Source: Candidatus Poribacteria bacterium (lineage in GTDB: Bacteria > Poribacteria > WGA-4E > WGA-3G). Taken from it: a DNA stretch of 64,000 nucleotides. The position numbers and the translations under genes were made by a program. The notes beneath the pieces were generated by a model, which was not told the origin of the DNA, ran no database searches, and saw only the letters and a list, made by a program, of their open reading frames with translations. The DNA is taken from assembly GCA_965197475.1 (NCBI GenBank), contig CBDANF010000003.1:3168001-3232000 (forward strand), given 5' to 3'. Below, piece by piece: positions 1-9,923 of the stretch. How positions within the stretch are numbered: the stretch's first letter is position 1; each line of letters starts with the position of its first letter.

Positions 1-189
1 TGGGATGGCGTATTCGGTGCGCTTGCAAAGGTAAACTACGACAGATGGCTTGTAATAGAGTCGTTTACGCCTGCTGTCAAAGAAATTGCGGCTGCGACAT
101 GTATCTGGCGTGATATTGCACCGAGTGCCGAAAGTCTCGCTACAGACGGGCTTGCGTTCCTCAAACAGAAGGCGGCTCAGTATCTATAG
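1..189 (+). CDS. 3' end of sugar phosphate isomerase/epimerase (D-tagatose/D-psicose 3-epimerase family), partial
   Basis: Frame 1 reads WDGVFGALAKVNYDRWLVIESFTPAVKEIAAATCIWRDIAPSAESLATDGLAFLK...*, a typical ketose 3-epimerase C-terminus (IESF, CIWR). Confidence 0.75.
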   Translation, partial: WDGVFGALAKVNYDRWLVIESFTPAVKEIAAATCIWRDIAPSAESLATDGLAFLKQKAAQYL

Positions 190-238
190 CATGCCAAAAA
201 AGGAAACTTGATAGGAACTCTACGGAATTTTTACCAAA

Positions 239-3238
239 ATGGGAGGGATTGAGATGCCCCGTATCAAATGGATCAGTCTGTTATGTGTGATGTTTATTAC
301 TGTTTCTCTAACGAGTAACGCATCACTACCCAATGCTAATGGAGATGAAATAGAAAGTGATTCTATTGGAGAGGAAAGATTTCTCAGTAATATCCGCCAA
401 CTCACTTATGATGGAAAACGTGCAGGAGAAGGTTATTTCTCCGAAGATGGAAACGCGCTGATCTTTCAAAGTGAACGCGAGTCGGACAACCCGTTCTATC
501 AAATTTATCTCTTAAATCTTTTAACGGGAGATACACATAGGGTTTCACCTGGCGTTGGAAAAACCACGTGTGCTTTCTTTCGTCCCAGTACTGACGAAGT
601 GCTTTACGCCTCTACGCATCACGATATTTTTGCAGAAGCGAAGCAGGAAGAGGAACTTAATTTCCGAGCGTCTGGGAAAGAACGCCGCTATAGTTGGGAT
701 TACGATGAGGCTATGGACATTTTCTCAGCGAATCGCGATGGAAGCAATCTGACGCAACTGACAGACGCGCACGGTTACGATGCGGAAGGTTCATATTCTC
801 CTGATGGCAAATACATCGTTTTCTGCTCTTTGCGAGACGCATATCCAAAAAGTGAACTGTCTCCAAAGGACCTAAAACAGCTTGAAGTTGATCCAGCCTA
901 TTTTGGTGAAATCTATATTATGGACGCTGACGGTTCCAATCAGATACGTTTGACAGATTCGCCGGGATATGATGGCGGTCCCTTTTTCACCCCAGATGGA
1001 CAATACATTGTCTGGCGGCACTTTTCACCGGATGGCAGCACAGCAGATATCTATACGATGCGGATGGACGGTTCCGGCATAAGACGTTTGACAGATTTCG
1101 ACAGCATGTCTTGGGCACCCTATTTCCATCCGAGTGGTGCTTATGTCATTTTTGCTTCTAACAAGCTCGGCTTTTCCAATTTTGAGTTATATCTTGTAGA
1201 TGCAATGGGCAGACATGACCCGGTTCAGGTCACCTCAACTGATGGATTTGATGGACTTCCTGTCTTTTCACCCGATGGTAATCGCTTGTGCTGGACCTCA
1301 ACACGCAACAATCAAAAGGTTTCACAACTCTATCTTGCATCATGGAATCATGAAGCGGCGTTAGAAGCGATTTCGATTTCACCGAGACGCGAAATTTCAA
1401 GAATTCCAGAACCTATAGAGACGGAATCCGAATCCGAATTAGCGTTTACTGATTTTGCTAATGAAATAAAAAGCCGTATCCAGGAACACGTTGAATTCCT
1501 GGCAGACGATGCTTTAGAAGGCAGGATGACCGGTTCTAAAGGTTCAAAACGCGCTGCAGATTACATTGTAGAGCAATTTTCCAAACTCAACCTACCACCT
1601 GCAGGTGAAGAAGGCAGTTATTTTCAAACTTTTGAGTTCACGGCAGGAAGAAAAATTATACCAAATGAGAACCTTTTCTATCTCACACGCAAAATAGCGG
1701 GTTCTGAGGGGCAGCTTGAATTCAAGGTAGAGCAGGATTTCTTACCGCTTTCTTTTTCAAGCAACGGTGTAGTTGAGGGTGAAGTCGTGTTTGTTGGATA
1801 TGGGTTATCAGTCCCCGGAGAGGCGGGTGAAGGTTATAATTCTTATGCCGGTATAGATGTGAAGGATAAGATTGTTGTTGCACTTCGCTACGTTCCAGAA
1901 GGCGTGAAGGCTGAACGCCGACAGCAATTGATTCGGTATGCAGGAATCCGCTATAAGGCAGTACAGGCACGGGAAAACGGTGCGAAAGCGTTCCTTGTCG
2001 TTGCCGGTCCAAATTCTCCAAACGCCGGCAAGATAATCCCACTTAATTTTGACAGCGGCAGTGCTGATTCTGGCATTATCGCGGGTTCTATTACCCATAC
2101 TGTCGCAAATGCCCTCTTAGCACAAGCAGGCAAAGACTTGACAGAAGTTCAAACTGGACTTGACGATGAGAATCCGCACTTTGTCGGACAATTTCCGTTA
2201 CCCGATGTCAAAATCAAGATAGCTGCCTCCATTGAAAAGATTAAGAAATCGGATAATAATGTCCTCGCGATGCTCCCGCCAACCCATCAAACTGAGGACA
2301 GCGAATATATCATCGTTGGTGCACACTACGATCATATCGGTTACGGTGAGATCGGATCACTCGCGAAAAAAGGAGAAAAAGGACAAATTCATAACGGTGC
2401 TGATGATAACGCTTCAGGCACTGCTGTTGTCCTAAAATTAGCAGAGATGTTCAGTGAAGAACGTCAAAATCAGCCAGAAAAATTTAAGAGAGGTATTATC
2501 TTTGCATTATGGTCGGGTGAAGAACTCGGACTCATCGGGTCTACGCATTTTGTGAATGATCCTGTGCTTCCTTTAAAGGACGTTGCTGCTTACATTAACT
2601 TTGATATGGTAGGACGACTCCGCAATAACAAGCTTGTCCTGCAAGGTATCGGGTCTTCGCCTATTTGGACAAAGTTAATTGAAAAACGGAATGTCCTTAT
2701 CGGTTTTAATCTGGCACTAAAAAAAGATCCGTATATGCCAACAGATGTGACAGCCTTCTATCCGAAAAATGTTCCTGTCCTCAGTTTCTTTACTGGGTTA
2801 CACAAGAACTATAACCGTCCGACCGATGATCCTGAGACCCTCAACTATGCTGGTTTAGAACGTATCTCAAGTCTGGCTTATGGAATTATTTCAGACCTAA
2901 TCAGCGCGGATACGCGACCAGAATACGTAAAAGTAGAACGAAACAAACCTGAGGAGGGAAGTCGTGGCACGCTACGAGCATATTTAGGGACTATTCCTGA
3001 TTATACCACCGAAGACGTTGGTGTTAAACTCTCTGGCGTTATCGCTGGTGGTCCTGCTGATAAAGCGGGTTTAAAAAGTGGAGATGTCATCATTGAATTC
3101 GGCACTAAAAAGATTGGAAATATCTATGACTTTACCTATGCGCTTGATGCAGTGAAAATTGGGGAGCCTGTTGAGGTTGTTGTGATGCGCGATGGGAAAC
3201 AGGTAAAGTTGAAAGTCACCCCTGAAGCGCGGAATTAA
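239..3238 (+). CDS. Secreted M28 aminopeptidase with TolB-like PD40 beta-propeller, PA domain and C-terminal PDZ
   Basis: Signal peptide; repeated YDAEGSYSPDG/FSPDG motifs; M28 motifs GAHYDH, GADDNASG, GEELGLIGS, NFDMVG; PDZ motifs YLGTIPD and GGPADKAGLKSGDVI. Confidence 0.9.
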   Translation: MGGIEMPRIKWISLLCVMFITVSLTSNASLPNANGDEIESDSIGEERFLSNIRQLTYDGKRAGEGYFSEDGNALIFQSERESDNPFYQIYLLNLLTGDTHRVSPGVGKTTCAFFRPSTDEVLYASTHHDIFAEAKQEEELNFRASGKERRYSWDYDEAMDIFSANRDGSNLTQLTDAHGYDAEGSYSPDGKYIVFCSLRDAYPKSELSPKDLKQLEVDPAYFGEIYIMDADGSNQIRLTDSPGYDGGPFFTPDGQYIVWRHFSPDGSTADIYTMRMDGSGIRRLTDFDSMSWAPYFHPSGAYVIFASNKLGFSNFELYLVDAMGRHDPVQVTSTDGFDGLPVFSPDGNRLCWTSTRNNQKVSQLYLASWNHEAALEAISISPRREISRIPEPIETESESELAFTDFANEIKSRIQEHVEFLADDALEGRMTGSKGSKRAADYIVEQFSKLNLPPAGEEGSYFQTFEFTAGRKIIPNENLFYLTRKIAGSEGQLEFKVEQDFLPLSFSSNGVVEGEVVFVGYGLSVPGEAGEGYNSYAGIDVKDKIVVALRYVPEGVKAERRQQLIRYAGIRYKAVQARENGAKAFLVVAGPNSPNAGKIIPLNFDSGSADSGIIAGSITHTVANALLAQAGKDLTEVQTGLDDENPHFVGQFPLPDVKIKIAASIEKIKKSDNNVLAMLPPTHQTEDSEYIIVGAHYDHIGYGEIGSLAKKGEKGQIHNGADDNASGTAVVLKLAEMFSEERQNQPEKFKRGIIFALWSGEELGLIGSTHFVNDPVLPLKDVAAYINFDMVGRLRNNKLVLQGIGSSPIWTKLIEKRNVLIGFNLALKKDPYMPTDVTAFYPKNVPVLSFFTGLHKNYNRPTDDPETLNYAGLERISSLAYGIISDLISADTRPEYVKVERNKPEEGSRGTLRAYLGTIPDYTTEDVGVKLSGVIAGGPADKAGLKSGDVIIEFGTKKIGNIYDFTYALDAVKIGEPVEVVVMRDGKQVKLKVTPEARN

Positions 3239-3265
3239 TTTCTCATTGTAACACTGTTTTATGTC

Positions 3266-4262
3266 TGAACTCATAGCGAGTAAGAGCTAAGCATCGTTGA
3301 AAGTTCTCCGAAAGTTTATCATTGAATATGCTAAATTACGAAAACCTAAGCGTGTTTCTTTGAGTTTATCATAACTAAGGGCAAGTTTCCGATAAGTCTC
3401 TTGCCAACCCAAGGTTCGCTCCACTTTATATCGGTCTTTGTCCATTTCTTTGTTAAACCACCGGAACGGACGGGCAATCACAATAGGTTCTTTGGCATTC
3501 CGCCGGTTCGGATATATCACCGGGAGCAGCCCGTGTTGTTTGATAATCTTATGATTCTTTTTGGAATCAAAACCGGAGTCCAGTGTTAGAACGGAAGCAT
3601 TGAGGTCCATTCCAATACGATTAGCAAAGGCGATAAGATCGGTGAATGTTTCGGGCAAAATCTTTGTCCCATGTTGGTTGACAGGTTTGATGGTTATCGG
3701 GCTGATGATGAACCCTTGATTGTCAGTGATGATCAACTCTTTTTCACCTTTTTGATGTTTGTGGCCTGAATAACCGATGTTGTCCCCTTTTTTCACGGCG
3801 GTATTTGACCCATCTCCATGAAGTTGAGAGGTGTCAAGTTGGTCGGTGTCAAGCAGGTGTATCACTGATGCCTCAAAAAGTTTCTGATACGAGCCATCTT
3901 TTGACCACCGATTATGCCATTTATAGATATTAGACCAATGGAGTTCAGGATGCCGGGTTCGGAGTTGATCCCATTGAATACCCGTATGTAAAACATAGAG
4001 GATATAGTTGAATATCTTGTCCAAGGAGAGTTTCGGCTTTGGGCCTTTGACTCGTTTCGCTAAATGAGGTAAGATATAATGATTGAAATCCTTACGGGAA
4101 ACCTGCTTCGGAATACATTTGTATTTTGGGGCTTTTGAGTCTTGTCTGTCATAATAACATCTTTCATAATGTGAATGGATATATGAGGTAGAAAGGGACG
4201 TAAAGATCCCCTTTTCTTTCTCTATTTTACCACATCTTTATGTTTTACTCAATATGACTTCA
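3266..4262 (-). mobile_element. IS5-family insertion sequence (~1.0 kb)
   Basis: Imperfect 18-bp TIRs TGAACTCATAGCGAGTAA (3266-3283) and TTACTCAATATGACTTCA (4245-4262), 15/18 identity; encloses a DDE transposase. Confidence 0.75.
3287..4152 (-). pseudogene. IS5-family transposase, frameshifted near the N-terminus (ORF 3287-4024 intact)
   Basis: YVLHTGIQWDQL, WSKDGSY, GDGS, LDSGFD and RYKVERTLGW motifs; the ATG at 4152 (MTDKTQKP) is out of frame with KYKCIPKQVSRK... Confidence 0.7.
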
Positions 4263-4873
4263 TGTATTATCGGGGCAAAGGGAGAATAACACCCGAACAG
4301 ACCGGTTTACTTGTGATCGATGGGGACCTGGGTAAGTGGGAGCGCGTGCAGCACACCCCTGTCATTCCTGCAGATACTGAACACGACCGGCACGGTTCGA
4401 CTCATCCTTCGGTTGCTATAGTGGAGGATACGATTCATATCATTTATACCGGGAAGGCGACACGGTCGTTCGGAGAGGGATTGACGATGTGTCATGCAAC
4501 CGCACCGACGAACGATCCAACATCGGTCACAAAAAATCCTGCCAATCCTGTTTTCACAGGTAGCGGGCAAACATGGGACAGCCAATCTGTTCGCGAAACC
4601 GAATTGTTCAAAGGACCACAGTATTTCCATATTCTCTATGGTGGATTCGATGGCGAAGTCTGGCGGATCGGACATGTGCGGACTCGTGATTTTCGCACCT
4701 TTGAGCCAAATCCGTACAATCCCGTATTTACACCATCGGACGACCCTGATGCTTATGATTGCGACGGTGTGCTGACGGGTCAAATCCTTAAAATCGATGA
4801 TACTTATGTCATGCTCTACGCAGGTAAAAAAGGTAAAGAATGGCAAACTGGTCTGGCTACAATTCCAGATTAA
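4262..4873 (+). pseudogene. N-terminally truncated five-bladed beta-propeller glycoside hydrolase (GH32/43/130-like)
   Basis: Blade repeats (HPSVAIVEDTIHIIYTG; KNPANPVF...WDS; YHILYGG...WRIGHV; PYNPVF...YD; YVMLYAG...GLAT); begins abruptly at the IS end. Confidence 0.65.
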
Positions 4874-4933
4874 AGTTATGGACGAAATATGAATTCGGCA
4901 GGAGAAAGAAAAAATCACAAAGGGGTTGGATAG

Positions 4934-6643
4934 ATGATTCGTTTTAGTTTTGTGCTTACCGTAATAGCTTTTATCAGCATGTCTGCATGCATCGCCTTCA
5001 CAGACGATAAAGCTGCGGAGGGTGGAACCATCCGAGGCAAGATTACTGACACAACCCCAGAACAAAATCCAATTGAAGGCGTTGAAGTCAAGATTTTCAC
5101 CACAGACAGCAAGAAGAAGTTTACAGTAAAGACTGATGCCAACGGTAATTATAAATGCGCCAATCTTCCTGCAGGTATCTATAATGTCTACTCCAAAAAA
5201 GAAGGATACGGAGACAGATTTAGAATCTCTGCTGTGGTAGTTAATGGGAAAAACGAAATTGTTGATCTCAAAATGTTCAACTTCATGAATCATGCCAGAC
5301 AGCGTGTCAAACATAGAATTATGCCTTTATTCCATTACGTTACCGAAAATATGGTGAAGCACCATGATTTGGACGAGACAGTTGCCGATGCACTTCTTCA
5401 GTCAATTCGTAAAACATTTGAGACTGCCATCAAACGTCACAGAACCTTGTCAACCTACTTAGTTGATGTGAATGATCGAAACTTGGACGTACTTGAGGGA
5501 TTGTTGTTGCATTTTGACATTAAAGTGATATTTACCGAACACCTAACCGAGACGCAACTACAAGATTACACCGATTTCATCAACACACGAAGACACCGAG
5601 AGAAACAAGCTATCGCCTACCAATTGACTGCATTGTTTGATCAGGAACTTTGCTTGACTGCGGAGCAACGCAAATATGTTGTGCAATTGCTACATGACAA
5701 AACGGATGGATTAAAATTAACTTCAAGTAACATGTTGACGTTAGATTCACTGAAAGCAGCAGACCTTGTCCGCCACAGATCGGAAATCTCGCTAAATGGG
5801 ATATTGACCAAAACCCAGAGGAAAATTTGGCAGGCGTTGGTAAACGTGGACGATGACGAGAAAGAGAGCCGCAAAATTTTCTTCGCCAGAACCGAAGCAA
5901 ATATTAAGAAGGCGGTTGATGACGGTAGAATGACCGAGGAAGAAGCTGCAGCAAAACTTGATGAATTACAGAAAAAATTGGGCATAGGACCTAAAGACGA
6001 AAAACTGGAATCTCAGGAACGCATGAAACAGTTCCTTGAAGCTAAACTCACAGCACACACCGAGATGTTAGGGAAACTCAATGAACGCGCATCACAACGG
6101 TTAACTTTAGCCGTTAAAGGTGTGGTTCAGCAATACCTTGAAACTAAAGAACGTATGGCAATGTACCGCGAAGCCGAAGCCAAAATCATGGGCGCACTCG
6201 CGGCTCGCGAATTAACCCCTGAACAAGCCGATAAAAAACTCGGAGACCTGACCGAAAAGTTATGGGGTGAGAATATTGAATATGAAGAAACAGGTGAACC
6301 CTATGCTGTTGACATCACAAATCATCCGCTCTATCAAGAAGCAATCAAAGATATTCTTTCTGAAGATGCATACGCCCAATATACCTCACGCCAAGCGGAA
6401 AGAGACAATTTTCGACAACAAGCTTCGCGAGATTTAGCAGTAGCGTTGATGGATATACGGCTGCTCTTAAACGACGCACAACGGAAACAGTTAGAAACGA
6501 CAGCAGCACAGTTAACTCTGCCACCATTAGAGGGGGATGCTCCAATGAATATGTTCTATCAACTTTTCCAACAGGTAAACCACGACATGTTAAGTCCTTG
6601 GCAGCGGAATGAACTTGAGATTCAGCATGGGGCTGCAGAGTAA
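4934..6643 (+). CDS. Exported protein: carboxypeptidase-regulatory-like Ig domain plus large helical domain (paralog 1)
   Basis: Signal peptide; GTIRGKITD...PIEGVEVKI...TDANGNY...LPAGIY...KEGY is a CarboxypepD_reg-like pattern; aligns with the next ORF. Confidence 0.7.
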   Translation: MIRFSFVLTVIAFISMSACIAFTDDKAAEGGTIRGKITDTTPEQNPIEGVEVKIFTTDSKKKFTVKTDANGNYKCANLPAGIYNVYSKKEGYGDRFRISAVVVNGKNEIVDLKMFNFMNHARQRVKHRIMPLFHYVTENMVKHHDLDETVADALLQSIRKTFETAIKRHRTLSTYLVDVNDRNLDVLEGLLLHFDIKVIFTEHLTETQLQDYTDFINTRRHREKQAIAYQLTALFDQELCLTAEQRKYVVQLLHDKTDGLKLTSSNMLTLDSLKAADLVRHRSEISLNGILTKTQRKIWQALVNVDDDEKESRKIFFARTEANIKKAVDDGRMTEEEAAAKLDELQKKLGIGPKDEKLESQERMKQFLEAKLTAHTEMLGKLNERASQRLTLAVKGVVQQYLETKERMAMYREAEAKIMGALAARELTPEQADKKLGDLTEKLWGENIEYEETGEPYAVDITNHPLYQEAIKDILSEDAYAQYTSRQAERDNFRQQASRDLAVALMDIRLLLNDAQRKQLETTAAQLTLPPLEGDAPMNMFYQLFQQVNHDMLSPWQRNELEIQHGAAE

Positions 6644-6668
6644 ATAATTACAAGGATAATCAGAACAA

Positions 6669-8444
6669 ATGACCTGTCTTATAGTAAAATCAAAAAACAC
6701 CTATACATTTTTCTTTGGATTAGCGGCGTTTGTAGTCACGCAATTCATTGCGCCTCTTACATACGCATTAACATGTTTGAAATTAATCTGGGGACTAAAA
6801 TGTATCAATAATTATAGGCGTTACTTTAGTTTTGTACTAATAATTGCTTGTATCAGTATGTCCGCATGCATCGCTTTCGCAGAAAAAAACGCTATAAATG
6901 GCGCAACCATCGGAGGCGAGGTTATTGAAGTAATGGGCGAAAACGCCCCAATTCAAGGTGCTACAGTTAAGATTGTTGGTTCAGATGGAAAAGAGTGGAA
7001 AGTAAAAACTGATGTCGAAGGTAAATATGAATATACAGGTCTCCCAGCAGGACGTTATACTATCAATGTCTATAAAAGAGGATACAATCCTTGGGTTGGA
7101 AAATCAAAGGTAGTCGCTGCCGGTGGTGAACGTTTTGACCGGATCAAAATGAGAAAAAAAGACGATTTTGAAACACGTTTTGCTGAAGGTTTACTACAGC
7201 ATGTTGCTGAAGATATCGGCAAACGTTACAAGTTGGATGCGTCTATTGTTAAAAAACTTCACAGGTCAATTTTTGAAGCACTTGATACTGTGTTAGAGCA
7301 GAAAAACGGAGAAGAAATAGAAGACTTTGCAGAGGCAGAAAAATATGGCAGCATAGGATTTATTTTAGGAATGTTATCACACCCTAATTATAAGCCAGCA
7401 TTCGCCAAATACCTAACGGAAACACAACTTCAGGATTATCTGGATTTCATGAAAGCGCGGCAACAGCAAGTTCAACAAGCAATTGCTCAATTTATGACAG
7501 CATTCCTTGACCAAGCACTCAGTCTGACAGTCAACCAACGCGAAAAAATTGAGAAATTGTTGCTCAACACAATAAATGATAAACCAGAGTTGGACTTAAT
7601 GAATATTATGAATGGACCATTGCCGAAGGCAATAGGCGATCTGTTACATAATAAATTGCACATATCTCTGGATAGCGTACTGAACCAAACACAGTCAAAA
7701 ATTTGGGAAGTGATGATTGATTTTTATGATGGAAAGGATTTAGTTGGTATTGAGACTTTTGAAGTGCCATCGGAAAATGCTGCTGAGAAGGATGAAATCA
7801 ATAAGGTCCCCCCCAAATCTCAAAAGTGGATCTTGGCTGAAGCAATACTGATGGCACATACTGAACAGTTAGGCACGCTCAACGAAAGTGCATCAAAGCG
7901 TTTGGAAATCGCTACTAAAGGAGTGATCCAACAATACCTTGAAGCGCAAATTCCGAACATTGATGATGATTTCAAATTTATTGCTGAAATAGGAGATCTC
8001 ATGCAGGCGTTCATGTGGCAATCCATATCTCGCGATGAGGCTATTGAGAAGCTTGGATCCATGAAGAACGAGTTATGGGGCGAGAAAGACACAAATAAAC
8101 GGTGGGATAAAATTGAACTGCACCAGATTACTAATCATCCCCTGTACCAACAGGCAATCAAAGATGTCCTCTCTGAAGATGTCTACTTACAATACAAAGC
8201 ACATCAAGCGGAACGAAAGAATTTCCGCATACAAGCATCTCGGAATCTCGCTTTGGCTTTCATAGATATGATTGTGCTGCTTAACGAGGCACAGCGGCAA
8301 CAGATAAAAATGATAACAGCACAGTTAACTATACCCTCATTGAATTATAAGGAACTGCAAATGATGTTTGCTGAATTATTCATTCGGATGGACCACGAGA
8401 TACTGAGTCCTTGGCAGCAAAGTGTATTTAAAGGAGGTAGATAA
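6669..8444 (+). CDS. Exported CarboxypepD_reg-like plus helical protein (paralog 2); true start probably later (~6777-6858)
   Basis: Shares FSFVL..ISMSACIAF, LTETQLQDY, ITNHPLYQ.AIKD.LSED and LSPWQ with paralog 1; the annotated N-terminus overlaps a REP-like repeat at ~6730. Confidence 0.7.
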   Translation: MTCLIVKSKNTYTFFFGLAAFVVTQFIAPLTYALTCLKLIWGLKCINNYRRYFSFVLIIACISMSACIAFAEKNAINGATIGGEVIEVMGENAPIQGATVKIVGSDGKEWKVKTDVEGKYEYTGLPAGRYTINVYKRGYNPWVGKSKVVAAGGERFDRIKMRKKDDFETRFAEGLLQHVAEDIGKRYKLDASIVKKLHRSIFEALDTVLEQKNGEEIEDFAEAEKYGSIGFILGMLSHPNYKPAFAKYLTETQLQDYLDFMKARQQQVQQAIAQFMTAFLDQALSLTVNQREKIEKLLLNTINDKPELDLMNIMNGPLPKAIGDLLHNKLHISLDSVLNQTQSKIWEVMIDFYDGKDLVGIETFEVPSENAAEKDEINKVPPKSQKWILAEAILMAHTEQLGTLNESASKRLEIATKGVIQQYLEAQIPNIDDDFKFIAEIGDLMQAFMWQSISRDEAIEKLGSMKNELWGEKDTNKRWDKIELHQITNHPLYQQAIKDVLSEDVYLQYKAHQAERKNFRIQASRNLALAFIDMIVLLNEAQRQQIKMITAQLTIPSLNYKELQMMFAELFIRMDHEILSPWQQSVFKGGR

Positions 8445-8446
8445 TC

Positions 8447-9550
8447 ATGACAAGATACAAAAAAGTTTCAGGTTTACTGATAAATAGAAACACATTCATT
8501 ATGGGATTTTCGGGTTTCCTAATGTTGCTGGGCACGTTTTTCAGCGAACCAGCTTACGCACAAGATCCCACTCTCCGCTACGGCACGGGTGTCCCGCCAG
8601 CGGTTAGAAGCATCAATGACCGAAGTTTGCGGTATCTCGCTAATACGCAGTTGCAAGACGGAAGTTGGCCAGGTTCACGAAATGGCGCAGGAATCACAGG
8701 TATTTGTGTCATGGCATTGATGGCAAGTGGTGAAGACCCTGATTACGGACCTTATGCCACAAACATTCGTAGAGCCTTGCACCACATCATCGCTAATCAA
8801 AACGCTAAAACAGGATACATGGGGACGAGCGGTCATGCATCAATGTACCACCACGGGTTTGCCATGTTAGCACTGTCCGAGGCGTACGGTGCAGTAAGCG
8901 AAGAGCTGCTTTGGAAAGGGAGTGATGTACCTGCAAATCGCAGACGAACTCTCAGTGCATCTTTAGAACTTGCAGTGCGATGTGCGTTAACAGCACAAGA
9001 AAAAAATCCTTGGGGTGCTTGGCGTTATTCACCACAAGCTCGAGATGCGGACACAACTGTCGCGGGAACCGTATTAATGGGGATATTTGGTGCGCGAAAC
9101 GCTGGTGTTGAAGTTTCCAATGAAGCTATTGACAAGGCATTGAACTTTTTTCAAACCTGCACTACGCGAAGCGGGAGTGTCTCCTATACACCTTCAGGGA
9201 GCCATGGCGATGGACTCACTCGTACTGCAATCGCAACCCTCGTTTACGCTATTGGAAAGCGAAAGGATACGCCAGAATACAAAGCCGCTTCCGAATTCAT
9301 CAAACGCAGAGCTACCTATAATCTCAGTGGGGGTTACATGTTCTATACGCTATATTATATGGCTCAGGCTCTGTTTCAAAGCGATTTCGAAACATGGCAA
9401 GCTTGGAATCAACGCACCATCGCGCGACTTCAACAGATGCAACAAGAAGATGGAAGTTTCAACAGTTCCTATGGCAAAGCCTACGGCACAGGGATGGCTG
9501 TGCTAACCTTAGCTTTGAACTATCGCCTTTTGCCTATTTACGAAAGATAG
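8447..9550 (+). CDS. Prenyltransferase/squalene oxidase repeat (alpha-alpha toroid) protein, planctomycete type
   Basis: QW-like repeats LRYLANTQLQDGSW and LQQMQQEDGSF; MYHHGFAMLALSEAYG; GAWRYSP..DADTTV; C-terminal LALNYRLLPIYER; no DXDD cyclase motif. Confidence 0.8.
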   Translation: MTRYKKVSGLLINRNTFIMGFSGFLMLLGTFFSEPAYAQDPTLRYGTGVPPAVRSINDRSLRYLANTQLQDGSWPGSRNGAGITGICVMALMASGEDPDYGPYATNIRRALHHIIANQNAKTGYMGTSGHASMYHHGFAMLALSEAYGAVSEELLWKGSDVPANRRRTLSASLELAVRCALTAQEKNPWGAWRYSPQARDADTTVAGTVLMGIFGARNAGVEVSNEAIDKALNFFQTCTTRSGSVSYTPSGSHGDGLTRTAIATLVYAIGKRKDTPEYKAASEFIKRRATYNLSGGYMFYTLYYMAQALFQSDFETWQAWNQRTIARLQQMQQEDGSFNSSYGKAYGTGMAVLTLALNYRLLPIYER

Positions 9551-9611
9551 ACAGCCATTGACAGTAGTTTGGACAATTTATGTGCTATTCAGGTAAATTT
9601 TCAAGTTGTAT

Positions 9612-9895
9612 TTGTAGGTTGGGTAGAGCGCAGCGAAACCATAAGTGTCAATTTAAGGAATGAATCCGTTTTTAGCTGTGGTGTAGCCTCGTAGAGGCGG
9701 AATGTTTATAGCAAAAGCGTCAACCCTTCTTGAGTTCCGTAGGAGCGGTATGTGTATGCAAATCGTGTCTCTATAAACATATCGTTCCTACGGAACTCAA
9801 GAGGGGTGGTAACATTTTTCTATAAACATATCGTCCCTACGGGACTAAATATGGGACAGTCTCAATCATAGTAAGTATTGAACTCACGTTAACAA
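9612..9895. repeat. GTAG-type REP with inserted IS4-like MITE end and a cluster of CCGTAGG-type hairpins
   Basis: GTAGGTTGGGTAGAGCGCAGCGAAAC followed by CATAAGTGTCAATTTAAG; repeated CTATAAACATATCG..CCTACGG units also seen at 26.1-26.4 kb and 48.0-48.3 kb. Confidence 0.75.
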
Positions 9896-9923
9896 TATGT
9901 AAACATCTGCTGGTAAGCACCGA

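Noticed and set aside
4307-5314. 335-aa minus-strand ORF and the many other short antisense ORFs
   Set aside because: Shadow frames of well-supported genes on the opposite strand.
8447-9550. Squalene-hopene cyclase or terpene biosynthesis gene
   Set aside because: Single domain of 367 aa, signal peptide present, no DXDD motif.
9690-9850. Regularly spaced CTATAAACATATCG... repeats (also 26.2, 46.2 and 48.0 kb) resembling a mini CRISPR array
   Set aside because: Only 2-4 degenerate units in mixed orientation, enclosed by MITE ends, with no cas genes; they fit REP-like clusters.
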